Assembly (NCBI RefSeq): GCF_964028515.1
Contig: NZ_OZ034788.1
Coordinates: forward strand, 1,506,473 to 1,538,472
Length of the DNA stretch: 32,000 bases
DNA from: Wolbachia endosymbiont (group B) of Hofmannophila pseudospretella
GTDB taxonomy: Bacteria > Pseudomonadota > Alphaproteobacteria > Rickettsiales > Anaplasmataceae
Direction: 5' to 3'
Shown: one piece after another, positions 1 through 9,395 of the stretch
How positions within the stretch are numbered: the stretch's first letter is position 1
Layout of the letters: each line of letters starts with the position of its first letter
Notes under the pieces: generated by a model
What the model saw: only the letters and a program-made list of their open reading frames with translations
Databases searched by the model: none
Told to the model about the DNA's origin: nothing
Program-made: the position numbers and the translations under genes

Positions 1-1001
1 TCAAGAATATCTAATTTGGTTAATACAATGCTTGAAACTCCAGAGAGTTGTACGGCCTGGCGCACTAAAACTGCGTCAAACCATCCGCAGCGCCTTCTTC
101 TATTGCTTACTGTTCCAAGTTCCTTACCTATAGAAAATAAGCTGTCTCCAATCTCGTTATTTTGTTCAGTAGGAAATGGACCATTACCCACTCTTGTGGT
201 ATACGCTTTTGCTACACCAGTAATGTGCGCATTGTAGGATAATCCTGAGCCTGTTATCGCTTGAGATGCTACGGTATTACTTGAAGTAACAAAAGGGTAA
301 GTTCCGTGGTCGATATCTAAAAATGCGCCTTGAGCGCCTTCAAATATTATTTTCTTACCTTCTTTCATAAAATCATTTAGTATCTTCCACACAGGTTTTT
401 TGTATAAAAGAATTTTTTCTGAAATCTCTTGAATTTCCTTTAATATTTCTTCTTTTTTAACTACCTGGTAGTTAAGTCCTTTTCTGATAGCATTATGGTA
501 ATTCAGGAGAGCATCCACTCTTTGATTGAGCTCATCTGCGTTTTCTAAGTCACAAAGGCGTATAGCTCTCCTGCCAACTTTATCTTCATAACATGGCCCT
601 ATCCCTTTGTTTGTTGTACCAATTTTGTGATTTCCGTTTAAATCTTCAAATAGCTTTTCCTTGTCCTTATGTACGCTAAGTATTAATGGACAGCTCTCGG
701 ATACCATCAAGTTGTTATAGTTTATGTCCATTCCTTTAACTTTCAATGACTCTATTTCTGAGACTAGAGCATGCGAATCAAGAGCAACACCGTTTCCTAT
801 AATAGATATTTTGCCTGTTCTCAAAACAGCAGAGGGCAGTAAATTTAATTTATAAACCTCATCATTTATTACTATAGTGTGCCCTGCATTATTTCCTCCC
901 TGAAATCTCACAACTACATCTGCATTCTCAGAAAGATAATCTACTATTTTACCCTTGCCTTCGTCACCCCATTGCAGACCAACAATTACAATATTATTCA
1001 T
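1..1001 (-). CDS. purA: Adenylosuccinate synthetase PurA, N-terminal ~333 codons; the 3' end runs off the window
   Basis: My reverse-strand translation from ATG (1001..999) reads MNNIVIVGLQWGDEGKGKIVDYL..RFQGGNNAGHT..GTTNKGIGPCYEDKVGRR..FEGAQGAFLDIDHGTYPFVTSSN..TTRVGNGPFPTE. This includes the GDEGKGK P-loop and other PurA hallmarks. It is absent from the ORF track because no stop lies inside the window. Confidence 0.95.
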   Translation of the reverse strand, partial: MNNIVIVGLQWGDEGKGKIVDYLSENADVVVRFQGGNNAGHTIVINDEVYKLNLLPSAVLRTGKISIIGNGVALDSHALVSEIESLKVKGMDINYNNLMVSESCPLILSVHKDKEKLFEDLNGNHKIGTTNKGIGPCYEDKVGRRAIRLCDLENADELNQRVDALLNYHNAIRKGLNYQVVKKEEILKEIQEISEKILLYKKPVWKILNDFMKEGKKIIFEGAQGAFLDIDHGTYPFVTSSNTVASQAITGSGLSYNAHITGVAKAYTTRVGNGPFPTEQNNEIGDSLFSIGKELGTVSNRRRRCGWFDAVLVRQAVQLSGVSSIVLTKLDIL

Positions 1002-1183
1002 CACTATTTTCTAGATTAATACGTAAATATTAATGCAGCATGCTACAAATGAAAAGAGAAATCTACGCCTTCCCTATATTCTTAAAATAAAGAGAACTAT
1101 ATTATCGATTTTCTTAATATATTATCAGATTATTCATCATTATATAATATAATTTACAATATTTTTACAGTGAGGTGTTAATT

Positions 1184-2725
1184 ATGAAAGAGGCAAAGGG
1201 AAATAATAAGAGTCCAGCAGTTAGATTAAAGACCACAGCTAAAGAGTTCGATTTTAATAAATTAAGAGCAGATCAAGCTAATAAATTAGCAAATTCTGGT
1301 GAAACAATGTTCTTAGATTTTCAAAGGATGAATTTTATTATTAACGAAAAAGAAATAGATAAAAATTTTATTATTGCACTTAAGGAAGGAGCTAAAGATT
1401 ATAAAAATGAGATTTTTAACCGTGATAATTTTGATAATCTCTCTGAAGAAGGTAAAGCTTTTATGGAACCAGTACTTAGGGAGCTTGATCAAGATAGACT
1501 ATCTGAAGTTTGGGAAAATCATTGTAATAGCCCTACAGTTGCTGATGAGAAAAAAATTGATGAATATAGAAAGGAATTTGAGAGATTTTATAACGCAGGG
1601 AGAAGCTCTTATCATCTATTCTCCAAAAAAGATTACCGTGCATTAGCAAAGGAAATTTTCAAAGAAATGTTTAGATACGCTGAAGCAAAGGTTCCAAGTG
1701 ATGCTATTTTAGAAGAGTTAGTCACCAATTGTAATCAAGCAGGGTATGGGGCTGGTATATTTAATGAATCTCATGCCGCACTCAGTAGTTGTAATTTAAC
1801 TCCACACAGTCCTAAAAAAGCGCTAAACATTTACTGCACCGACCACAACCGCATAAAAGTGACGTCTGATATGGCAATGCCTATAACCACGATTGACAAT
1901 CCGGAAGAGAAAATGTGTGACCTATCCAGCTCATTAGAATTCACACTTGAATCTCAAGATAGCAAAAATGGTATAATATATAAAGAAGGTAAGTTATCAC
2001 TTACTATTCCTGAAGGGCTAAAAAACTATAAAGATAATGGCAAGAGCTTGTTTGACATTATTAAAGAATATTTTCAGAAATTCTGTGCAGAACTAGGATT
2101 TAAATATGAGACAAAAATACAAATAGAGCATGACTTAGGTACTCAAATCAAAGTAAATAACTATTTAGATGGTACGATATCAACCATAGGATCAGATGCA
2201 AATGAAGAATTTATTAATCTTTTAAGCAAAAACCTCAGAGAGAAGTTATTGGAATCAGGAGTTGCTCTAGGAGGTGAAGATGTTGATGATATTATTGAAG
2301 TCAGAGTATCTGCAGTTATGGATCTACTGCGTGATTATACTAAATTGGAAGATAATAAAGAAAACAGAGAGTTATTAATAAGTGAAGTAGCAGATAATTT
2401 AGGGCTTTCCACTCAAGATAAAACAGCATCAGAAGTATTGATGGAATTAAACTCTTTACCTTCTTCGATAAAAGGTCAGGTTAATCATAATCAAGTGCAG
2501 TTTGTTGTAAATATTTTTACCAATTTAATTGTTGAAGGAAAAAGCGAAGTATACAAAGAAAAAAATGCAATTAATGCAATTGATGCAATTCATCAGAAGA
2601 TAGATAAGGCGATTGTTGAGCAAGAAAAAAGAGCAACCAACAAACAAGATATAGAAAATGATAAATGGACAGACAAAATAAAAAAACAGAGATTATCTAT
2701 GGAATCACATGGGCATTTGCATTAA
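1184..2725 (+). CDS. Hypothetical protein (K/E/N-rich, ~513 aa), no recognisable domain
   Basis: The ORF track gives 1175..2725 with a GTG start. I prefer ATG 1184 because AGGTG (1172-1177) lies 6 nt upstream. It is a long uninterrupted ORF in an AT-rich context. I recognise no catalytic or structural motif. Confidence 0.6.
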   Translation: MKEAKGNNKSPAVRLKTTAKEFDFNKLRADQANKLANSGETMFLDFQRMNFIINEKEIDKNFIIALKEGAKDYKNEIFNRDNFDNLSEEGKAFMEPVLRELDQDRLSEVWENHCNSPTVADEKKIDEYRKEFERFYNAGRSSYHLFSKKDYRALAKEIFKEMFRYAEAKVPSDAILEELVTNCNQAGYGAGIFNESHAALSSCNLTPHSPKKALNIYCTDHNRIKVTSDMAMPITTIDNPEEKMCDLSSSLEFTLESQDSKNGIIYKEGKLSLTIPEGLKNYKDNGKSLFDIIKEYFQKFCAELGFKYETKIQIEHDLGTQIKVNNYLDGTISTIGSDANEEFINLLSKNLREKLLESGVALGGEDVDDIIEVRVSAVMDLLRDYTKLEDNKENRELLISEVADNLGLSTQDKTASEVLMELNSLPSSIKGQVNHNQVQFVVNIFTNLIVEGKSEVYKEKNAINAIDAIHQKIDKAIVEQEKRATNKQDIENDKWTDKIKKQRLSMESHGHLH

Positions 2726-2786
2726 AGATACTGTGTACAGAGGCGTATTATGCTCAATTTTGCCTTTCATTTAAAGCACTCAAATT

Positions 2787-3361
2787 GGTTCTGTCGCATT
2801 TGTAGGGAAGTAGAAAGAAGAATGATATAATTGTCTAAAAATAAAGCAAAGATGTTTCGTATCAATCAAAAATTATTGCCATATTTCAAAGGATTTAGCT
2901 TTTCAGCGATGTTATCTGTATACATGAAATGTCGATTCTCTTTGAGCTATCGAGATTTGGAAGAAATTATGAGTATAAGGGGAGCAAAAATTGACCATGC
3001 TACGTTACAAAGTGGTTTATCACCACTGATAGATTAGGCAGTAAGGAAAAGAAAGAAGCAGGTTGGTAGTAATTGGAGAGACCTACATTAAATTAAACGG
3101 TAAATGGGTTTATTTATATAGAGCACTATTGGTAATACTGTAGACTTCCTCTTGTGTGTTAGTAGAGACAAGTCTGCAGCACTCCGCAAAGATTACTATT
3201 ACAGGTATAGAAAATATTCGCATGATTCAGAAAAAACAAATTATCGGAGCTAATGACAATGTTTCTACTTTTGAGAATTTTGCTATGTTAATGGCTCTAT
3301 AACTCCTATAATCTCAGCTTTAATGATCTTCTTTTCTATGGTTTATAGATGCGACAAAATC
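2787..3361 (+). pseudogene. IS6-family insertion sequence relic (transposase fragmented and internally deleted)
   Basis: A terminal repeat-like GGTTCTGTCGCA sits at 2787, with an imperfect complement TGCGACAAAATC ending at 3361. ORF 2831..3037 (FKGFSFSAMLSVYMKCRFSLSYRDLEEIMSIRGAKIDHATLQ) resembles the IS26-type transposase N-terminus. Out-of-frame pieces WRETYIKLNGKWVYLYRA and ITGIENIRMIQKKQ match later IS6 transposase blocks. The relic is ~575 bp, against ~820 bp for intact IS6 elements. Confidence 0.6.
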
Positions 3362-3376
3362 AAGAAATCTAATGAT

Positions 3377-4534
3377 TTATATAAACCCCATAGCATGTCG
3401 AACGAAGCTTTTTTTAAGAAAATCTGAATTTTCAACTACCATTAAACCAAGATTGCTCAGAACTTTAACGCAAAGTATTCTGTTGGAAAATATTCTATTT
3501 AGTCCATCAGTTGCAAGTGCCATAGTAAAATTATCAAAGTATCTATCACGTGAAATTTTCTTCAATAGATAATTACTGCCAACATCAATGCCAGAGGATT
3601 TTGCAGCAGTTATTTGTCTAATAACACTCTCTACATCTCTCATTCCAAGGTTAAGTCCTTGACCTGCAATCGGGTGGATTGAATGTGCTGCATCGCCAAT
3701 CAGCAAAATTCTGCTTTTATGAAGCTTCCTCGCGAAAGAAAAACTCAAAGGATAAAGTCTTCTTTCACCCTCTAATTCAATTTCTCCCAAATAAGAACCA
3801 AATCTTTTTTTGAGTTCTATGACAAATTCCTCTTCGGATAAGCTCATCAGCATTTTTGAAATTTCGCATTTTTCTGTCCAAACTATTGAAGAAGTATAGC
3901 CACCTTTCATTGGCAAAATTGCAAATGGACCACTAGGAAAAAACCTCTCTACAGCTAAGTTTTGGTGATGTAATTCATGTTTTACATTAAATACCATGCT
4001 ATTTTGTTTATAATCAAATTTTATCATTGGTATAGAAAACAACTCTGGCAACTTAGAGTTTTTACCTTCAGCACAGATAAATAGTGATGATATCAATTTT
4101 TGATCATTATCAAGAGTAACTTCCATGTATCCTTTGTCACAAGAGATTGTTTTATAGGAACGTGGAGAATATATATTGAGTTTATGCAAAAAATTGTTAT
4201 TGATTGCATTCCATATAATAGCGCTCTTGATTACATAGCCCATTGGCTCTTCACCAACCATTTTATGGTCATAATGTACAGTAAATGGACTATCTCCATC
4301 TAATATGCATATATCAAGTATTGGTTCAGCTTCGCCTTCTAAGAGCCGCCAAATCCCTGATTTTTCTAGTATTTTTTTTGATCCTTGAGAAATAGCGAAT
4401 GCTCGATTATCATCAACTGCACGTGGTAAATTATTTTTCTCAATTACGGCTACAGATACAGAGTCATTACTCAGGCCAATAGCAGTAATAAGACCAATTA
4501 GTCCACTACCTGAAATGATTACATCGTAATTCAT
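3377..4534 (-). CDS. FAD-dependent monooxygenase, UbiH/UbiF/VisC/COQ6 family (ubiquinone biosynthesis hydroxylase)
   Basis: 385 aa. The N-terminus has the dinucleotide-binding fold YDVIISGSGLIGLITAIGL. The C-terminal motif LIGDAAHSIHPIAGQGLNLGMRDV is typical of this flavoprotein hydroxylase family. Confidence 0.85.
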   Translation of the reverse strand: MNYDVIISGSGLIGLITAIGLSNDSVSVAVIEKNNLPRAVDDNRAFAISQGSKKILEKSGIWRLLEGEAEPILDICILDGDSPFTVHYDHKMVGEEPMGYVIKSAIIWNAINNNFLHKLNIYSPRSYKTISCDKGYMEVTLDNDQKLISSLFICAEGKNSKLPELFSIPMIKFDYKQNSMVFNVKHELHHQNLAVERFFPSGPFAILPMKGGYTSSIVWTEKCEISKMLMSLSEEEFVIELKKRFGSYLGEIELEGERRLYPLSFSFARKLHKSRILLIGDAAHSIHPIAGQGLNLGMRDVESVIRQITAAKSSGIDVGSNYLLKKISRDRYFDNFTMALATDGLNRIFSNRILCVKVLSNLGLMVVENSDFLKKSFVRHAMGFI

Positions 4535-4639
4535 TTTATTAACCTAAAATTACATTCTACCCATTTTAATAATAGTGAAAAATGTTCTTCCTTCAACGCT
4601 TTAAATGTGATATTTTTATTCATTAATTAAAGATTTTAA

Positions 4640-5749
4640 GTGTTACTACCATTTTTATTAATTCTATCTCTAATTTCTAAGTTCATTGAAATTGATATTT
4701 CTGTACCTAGTTTTCCTGATATAGTACGCTATTTTAACGTACCGGAAGGCACAATTCAATTAACTATTGCTTATAATTTTTTAGGCGTTTGCATAGGAGG
4801 GTTATTTTTTGGTCCATTGTCTGAATGCTATGGCAGAAGAAGGATGATGATCATAGGCAACACTTTGCTACTCATCGGTGCTGTTGGCTGTGTTTTTGCG
4901 CTGTCAGTTTCTTGGCTTTTAATCTCTCGCTTTATTCAAGGCATTGGTGTTAGCACATCTGTAGTTGTATTTGCAATTATTGCAGACAGCTATAAAGGCA
5001 ACGAAGCAGTAAAATTTATTGGAATCATGAATTCTATTATCACAGTTCTCATAGCAATTGCACCAGTATTAGGCAGTTTCATCAACAAAATTGTTGGGTG
5101 GCGTGGCAACTATGCAAGTGTTGCAATACTTTGTTTCATCTCTTGGGTTTTGCTGCTTTTTCTGTTACCAGAAACAAAAAAGGACCGTGATATTTTTAGT
5201 CTAAAAAAAATGATGAAAGACTATAAAAAATTATTATCAAGTTCAAAATTTATGATGTTGTCTTTGGCACAGAGCCTTTTTTCTGCGGCTTATATGTCAT
5301 TCATTACTTGTGGCCCTTTTTTGTATATGGAAACTTTTGGTTTATCCAGCACTATTTATGCGCTACATCAAAGTGCAATGGTTGGGTCTTTCTCACTAAT
5401 TAGCCTGTTTTCCAGTAAGATCTTAAAGAAACTTGGAGCAATTTGGTGTGTAATTTCCGGTACAGGCGTAATTGCTATTGGATCCCTATCACTTTTAATA
5501 TTCAGTATAATCATGCCCAGTGCTTACTACTTAGTAACGCTGTCTATGGTTATTTTTTGTATTGGCTGTGGAATTTGTCAAGCAGTCATTTTCAATGCAT
5601 CATTAAATATTTTCCCTGAAATGAAAGGTACAACTTCTTCTGCAATTTCATTTATTAGAGCTTCTATCATGGCTATTTTTATCGGCTTAACAAGCTACGT
5701 TTACGATGGTCAAGCAACCAGTGTAGCTATTCTTGTTTTTTTGCAGTAG
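4640..5749 (+). CDS. MFS transporter, Bcr/CflA-like drug-resistance subfamily
   Basis: 369 aa and very hydrophobic, with many predicted TM segments. The GPLSECYGRRRMMIIG loop between TM2 and TM3 matches the MFS motif A. It has a GTG start. It is slightly short at both ends for a 12-TM member. Confidence 0.8.
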   Translation: MLLPFLLILSLISKFIEIDISVPSFPDIVRYFNVPEGTIQLTIAYNFLGVCIGGLFFGPLSECYGRRRMMIIGNTLLLIGAVGCVFALSVSWLLISRFIQGIGVSTSVVVFAIIADSYKGNEAVKFIGIMNSIITVLIAIAPVLGSFINKIVGWRGNYASVAILCFISWVLLLFLLPETKKDRDIFSLKKMMKDYKKLLSSSKFMMLSLAQSLFSAAYMSFITCGPFLYMETFGLSSTIYALHQSAMVGSFSLISLFSSKILKKLGAIWCVISGTGVIAIGSLSLLIFSIIMPSAYYLVTLSMVIFCIGCGICQAVIFNASLNIFPEMKGTTSSAISFIRASIMAIFIGLTSYVYDGQATSVAILVFLQ

Positions 5750-6016
5750 TTCTAATTTACTGTCTATTTATTGTTTTCAAGGTCTGGAGAAGATCTATAA
5801 TCACCATATAGATCCTTCTCATTTCTAGTTATTGCGGTAATATGTATTGTAACTTTGCCGGCTGCTCTAGATGTATCTCTTCCAAATCACCTAATCTATA
5901 TTAGTTAAAGAGTATTATCTTGCTCATGCGTCTAAAGTTTGAGAGCCAATTTTCAGCAATCCAATCAAATTCCAATTTTTTTCAAACAACTGTTTCTTGC
6001 TATTTTTGTACCTTAA

Positions 6017-6085
6017 AAAATTTAGCTTACTTTTACGCTAGCTTGTTCAAATAGCATTAGTACGACTTACTTTTTTTGAATGTAG
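6017..6085. repeat. Short dispersed repeat, copy 1 (probable terminal segment of an IS630-like element)
   Basis: AAAATTTAGCTTACTTTTACGCTAGCTT (6017-6044) and TTTTTTTGAATGTAG (6071-6085) are matched by AAAATTTAGCTTATCTTTTTACGTTAGCTT (16757-16786) and TTTTTTTGGGATGTAG (16799-16814) in the same orientation. Copy 1 supplies the last codons and the stop of the murC ORF. Confidence 0.6.
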
Positions 6086-7009
6086 AGATTTTTTAGGGAT
6101 TGTCCTCTTAAATTCTATAGTATCTTGTTTAACATTGAAACGAGAATCCAGTTTCAAGCATTGAGGTGATGAAGAAAGGGCTGCTTTTATTCCACCCCTC
6201 TCAACTACTCGAGTAGTGGACAATGGAATACGATTACTTTCGTTTATACTAATCAGCACGTCAAATTCTATGCTATTATTGTGTTGTTTGATGTTGCTAG
6301 CTCTAATTTTACCATTTCCAAACCCAAACGTTATAGAATTACTCTCATCATGATTGATGTCTGCAGAATCAGGCAAAATAGCAAAATTCGCGTTGTTTAC
6401 AAATCGAGAAAACGCATTTTTGATGTCGTTAAATGTACCGTAATGGTCTATATGGTCGTCATTAATACTTGTTACAACAGCAATATCTGCAGGAATTTTT
6501 AACATAGTTCCATCAGACTCATCAGCCTCAATTAAGAAAATGTCACTTTTGCCAAGTTTTGCATTACTCTGATAGGAATTTAATATTCCTCCAACAATTA
6601 CAGTGGCGTCAGCACCAGAATGATCAAAAATGGAAGCAATCATAGCTGTCGTCGTCGTCTTGCCACTTGAACCTGAAACTGCTATCACATATTTACTTTT
6701 CATAATTTTAGCCAGCATGTCTGACCTATGTAAAACGGTTTTATTGTTATTTCCTGCTGCAACTAGCTCCACATTATCAGGTTTTATTGCGGAAGAATGT
6801 ACAACTATTTGAGCTTGTCTAATACTACTTGCATCGTGACCAATATAGACCTCTATACCTAATTTTTGTAACCTATCTATATTGTCGTTTGATCGCGTAT
6901 CACTGCCTTGAACTTTATAACTGGAATTATGAAGAATTTCAGCAATTGCGCTCATTCCAATTCCACCTATACCGATTATATGTATTACTTCTTTTTTAGT
7001 GCTGTGCAT
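6047..7009 (-). CDS. murC: UDP-N-acetylmuramate--L-alanine ligase MurC, apparently lacking the C-terminal domain (possible pseudogene)
   Basis: The ORF track gives 6047..7096. The conserved start is most likely Met30 (ATG 7009..7007), giving [26 protein letters not shown]. The motifs GSSGKTTTT (P-loop), EADESDGT and NDDHIDHYG are present. I see no DDYAHHP or QPHRY C-terminal motifs. The last ~20 codons are encoded by a repeat that is also found downstream of cifB. Confidence 0.8.
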   Translation of the reverse strand: MHSTKKEVIHIIGIGGIGMSAIAEILHNSSYKVQGSDTRSNDNIDRLQKLGIEVYIGHDASSIRQAQIVVHSSAIKPDNVELVAAGNNNKTVLHRSDMLAKIMKSKYVIAVSGSSGKTTTTAMIASIFDHSGADATVIVGGILNSYQSNAKLGKSDIFLIEADESDGTMLKIPADIAVVTSINDDHIDHYGTFNDIKNAFSRFVNNANFAILPDSADINHDESNSITFGFGNGKIRASNIKQHNNSIEFDVLISINESNRIPLSTTRVVERGGIKAALSSSPQCLKLDSRFNVKQDTIEFKRTIPKKSLHSKKVSRTNAI

Positions 7010-7095
7010 ATTTGGCAGTAGACGTTTACTTATTACTAAATTTATTATAGTATAATTTAAAATCCTCATGGTATCGAACCATTTCACTAAGTACA

Positions 7096-7764
7096 ATGAT
7101 AAAAAAACTAGCCTTTCTATGTCTAATATTCGTTTTGATGAGTAGTTGTAGTTTTAGAAATAGGTGTAATCACACTGCAGGTCATTATAAAATTGGCAAT
7201 AGCTATACAATAAATGGTATCACCTACCACCCAAAATACTGTAGCTGTTACGAAGAAGTAGGAATCGCATCGTGGTATGGAATAGAAGATCATGGCACAA
7301 TTACAGCCAACGGTGAAGTGTTTAATCGTCACTTGATTTCTGCAGCACATAAGACCTTGCCCCTACCCTGCTTTGTTCGTGTTACTAATTTAGAAAATGG
7401 AAGGAAGCTTGTTATAAGAGTTAATGATAGAGGGCCATTTGTTAAAGGTAGAATAATAGACTTGTCAGAAAAAGCAGCACAAGTTTTAGGACTTCATAAG
7501 TCTGGGCTTGCGAAGGTAAAAGTCGAGTACTTAAGAAAGAGGTCAGAACAATTGATACAAAATACTCCTCATTACAAAAGGCAATATGAAAAAGAAATGC
7601 AGAAACGTCACCCAAAACAAAACAATGCAGAAAGTAAGGGATATGTAGCATTTTTTGTAAACGCTCAGGTAGCTAAATCAGCTGCATCAAAGCTTCGTAA
7701 TCAAGGAATAGAAAATGTTAGATTGCTTTTCAAGAATGATCAATATTGCGTAAAAGTAAGTTAA
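7096..7764 (+). CDS. rlpA: Septal ring lytic transglycosylase RlpA-family lipoprotein (DPBB domain plus C-terminal SPOR-like domain)
   Basis: It has a signal peptide with a lipobox (LMSSC). The DPBB core is [58 protein letters not shown]. The C-terminal stretch [29 protein letters not shown] is SPOR-like. Confidence 0.85.
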   Translation: MIKKLAFLCLIFVLMSSCSFRNRCNHTAGHYKIGNSYTINGITYHPKYCSCYEEVGIASWYGIEDHGTITANGEVFNRHLISAAHKTLPLPCFVRVTNLENGRKLVIRVNDRGPFVKGRIIDLSEKAAQVLGLHKSGLAKVKVEYLRKRSEQLIQNTPHYKRQYEKEMQKRHPKQNNAESKGYVAFFVNAQVAKSAASKLRNQGIENVRLLFKNDQYCVKVS

Positions 7765-8038
7765 AACCTGCATTACAGATTGTGTAGCATGCCAGAAACT
7801 ATTTGACAAATGAGAATGTTCCAAAAGCATGTGCATCAAGTTGAGAAACTATCGTGAAATATAGCAATATTTAAGATTGGTATTTTATTTGTTACATTTC
7901 AGGTAGTGACAGCTACCTCAGCTATAGCTGTAAAAAATAATCTACCACTTAAGAAATTTCATTAAAAAAGGGAGTGTTAAATAAACTGTGTCAAACCAAG
8001 AAATAAAAATATAATTGATATAAAAATGGAGGTTTGAC

Positions 8039-8292
8039 ATGAATCAAGTAAACAGAACTACCGGTTTGGTAGACTATAAAGAACTGGAAGCAAATATTCT
8101 ATCATCGATAAGAGAAGGAAGGCCGCTGACGGGAAGAGATGGAGCATTAACACCGTTTATAAAAAGTTGCTGGAAGCAAGCCTGGAAGGTGAGATAGAAA
8201 ACCACTTGTTGGTTGAAAGTGGAGAAAATAACCGAAGAAATGGTAGAAATGCAAAAACTTTACGTACAAGTGCAGGCTCATTTGAGTTGTTA
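8039..8292 (+). pseudogene. IS256-family (mutator-type) transposase relic, 5' part, split by an IS630 insertion
   Basis: Translation gives MNQVNRTTGLVDYKELEANILSSIREGRPLTGRDGALTPFIKK, then a frameshift, then LLEASLEGEIENHL..NRRNGRNAKTLRTSAGSFELL. This is the typical IS256 transposase N-terminus. It stops abruptly at the IS630 end (8293). Confidence 0.75.
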
Positions 8293-9393
8293 TACCAAAA
8301 TCCATTACTGACCGAACAAATAAGAAACATTACAAACTCGTTTAATAGTAGTACTGGAAATATTGACAATAAAATTACACAAAACATCTTCAAGTAAACC
8401 TATGGTATCGTAGATACTATTGCGTAAAGTATTGTATTTGATATATTGCCACAACCTTTCAACAGGATTCAGTTCCGGTGAATAAGGAGGCAAGTATATG
8501 ATGGTAATGTTTTCCTGAATTTTCAAACTTTTTGATCTATGCCAACTTGCACAATCCATTACAAGAAAGGCTTCTTTCGTGCCTAAATCTTTCGACATCT
8601 GCTCCAGAAATATATTCATACAATCAGTGTTTACATATGGAGCAAGTAGGCTAATTTTCTTACCACTTCTTGGATTTACCGCACTGTAGATATAGAAATT
8701 TTGTCTACCAATTTTCATTTTAACCTGTGTTCTGACCCCTTTTTTAAACCATCCGTGTCCGATTTTTGAATGAGTTCCAAATCGTGATTCATCAAAAAAA
8801 TACCTCCTTTTCAGGGTGGGAATTGACTATTTTATTGAAGTATTTTTTAAACTCTTCTTGCTTGTTTTTATCTTGTTTATGGTGAATTGGCCTCGGTGTT
8901 ATGTAAGAAAACTTCATCCTTTGTATCTCACGGTGCACTGTTGATTTGCTAATGTTTAGGCCAAATTCCTCTGAGATTTTTATTTGCACTTCCTTAATAG
9001 TAATATTTGGATTTCTTTCTACCCATATTTCAATTTGCTCACGTTGATTTTTGTTTAATTTGCTTTTTCTTCGCCGCTGAGACGGGGAAAATAATCTTTC
9101 TACTCTACCAAATTTTAGATGCTTTATCCATTCAGTCAAAGCAGTCCTTGAAATTTTACATATTCTTGCCACAGCGCTTATACTACTTTCTTTTCCTGCT
9201 ATCACCGCTTGTAACTTTTTTGAAACATATGCGTTATTTCTGACCTTTTTTAACATTTCTTTCGCCAAATTTACAACTTTTTCGTCTAATAGTTTTGACC
9301 TTAATGCCATTTATACCTCTCTATTTTATCTACTTTAGTATCACTTCTTTCCCATTATTGTCTATCTGTTCTTTATATAGTGGGAATTGGTAT
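8293..9393 (-). mobile_element. IS630/Tc1-mariner family insertion sequence, copy A (1101 bp), flanked by a TA duplication
   Basis: The ends TACCAAAATCC.. (8293) and ..GGAATTGGTAT (9393) form imperfect inverted repeats. TA lies at 8291-8292 and 9394-9395. Removing the element and one TA restores the IS256 reading frame (gag ttg tTA aca cct = SFELLTPR). By-eye comparison shows it identical to copy B at 21702-22802. Confidence 0.9.
8305..9310 (-). CDS. IS630-family DDE transposase, two frames joined at a T7 tract (needs a +1 shift, or is frameshifted)
   Basis: ORF 8792..9310 holds the HTH-containing N-terminus, ending ..HPEKEVFF. ORF 8305..8718 plus upstream codons (DESRFGTHSKIGHGWFKKGVRTQVKMKIGRQNFYIYSAV..) holds the DDE catalytic part, including DCASWHRS and YLPPYSPELNPVERLW. 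The frames switch at the A7 run 8794-8800 (T7 on the sense strand). Confidence 0.85.
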
Positions 9394-9395
9394 TA

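Noticed and set aside
16-237. 73-aa plus-strand ORF at the window start
   Set aside because: It lies entirely antisense to the strongly supported purA coding sequence, so it is a shadow ORF.
5790-5850. Reverse-frame peptide ..ITAITRNEKDLYGDY.. as the displaced C-terminal part of MurC
   Set aside because: The similarity is limited to a TR..DLY.D pattern over about 10 residues and is surrounded by stops. This is too weak to annotate, so I mention it only inside the murC finding.
7901-7930. Two adjacent palindromes downstream of rlpA (AGGTAG-tgacag-CTACCT and CAGCTATAGCTG), considered as a terminator
   Set aside because: An A-run follows them, not the T-run needed for an intrinsic terminator on the plus strand, and the geometry is also wrong for the minus strand. 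They may belong to the IS256 left-end region. There is not enough evidence to call a feature.
8167-8397. 76-aa plus-strand ORF and 78-aa minus-strand ORF (8157-8393) spanning the IS256/IS630 junction
   Set aside because: They are artefacts that read across an IS256 transposase fragment into the IS630 end, not independent genes.
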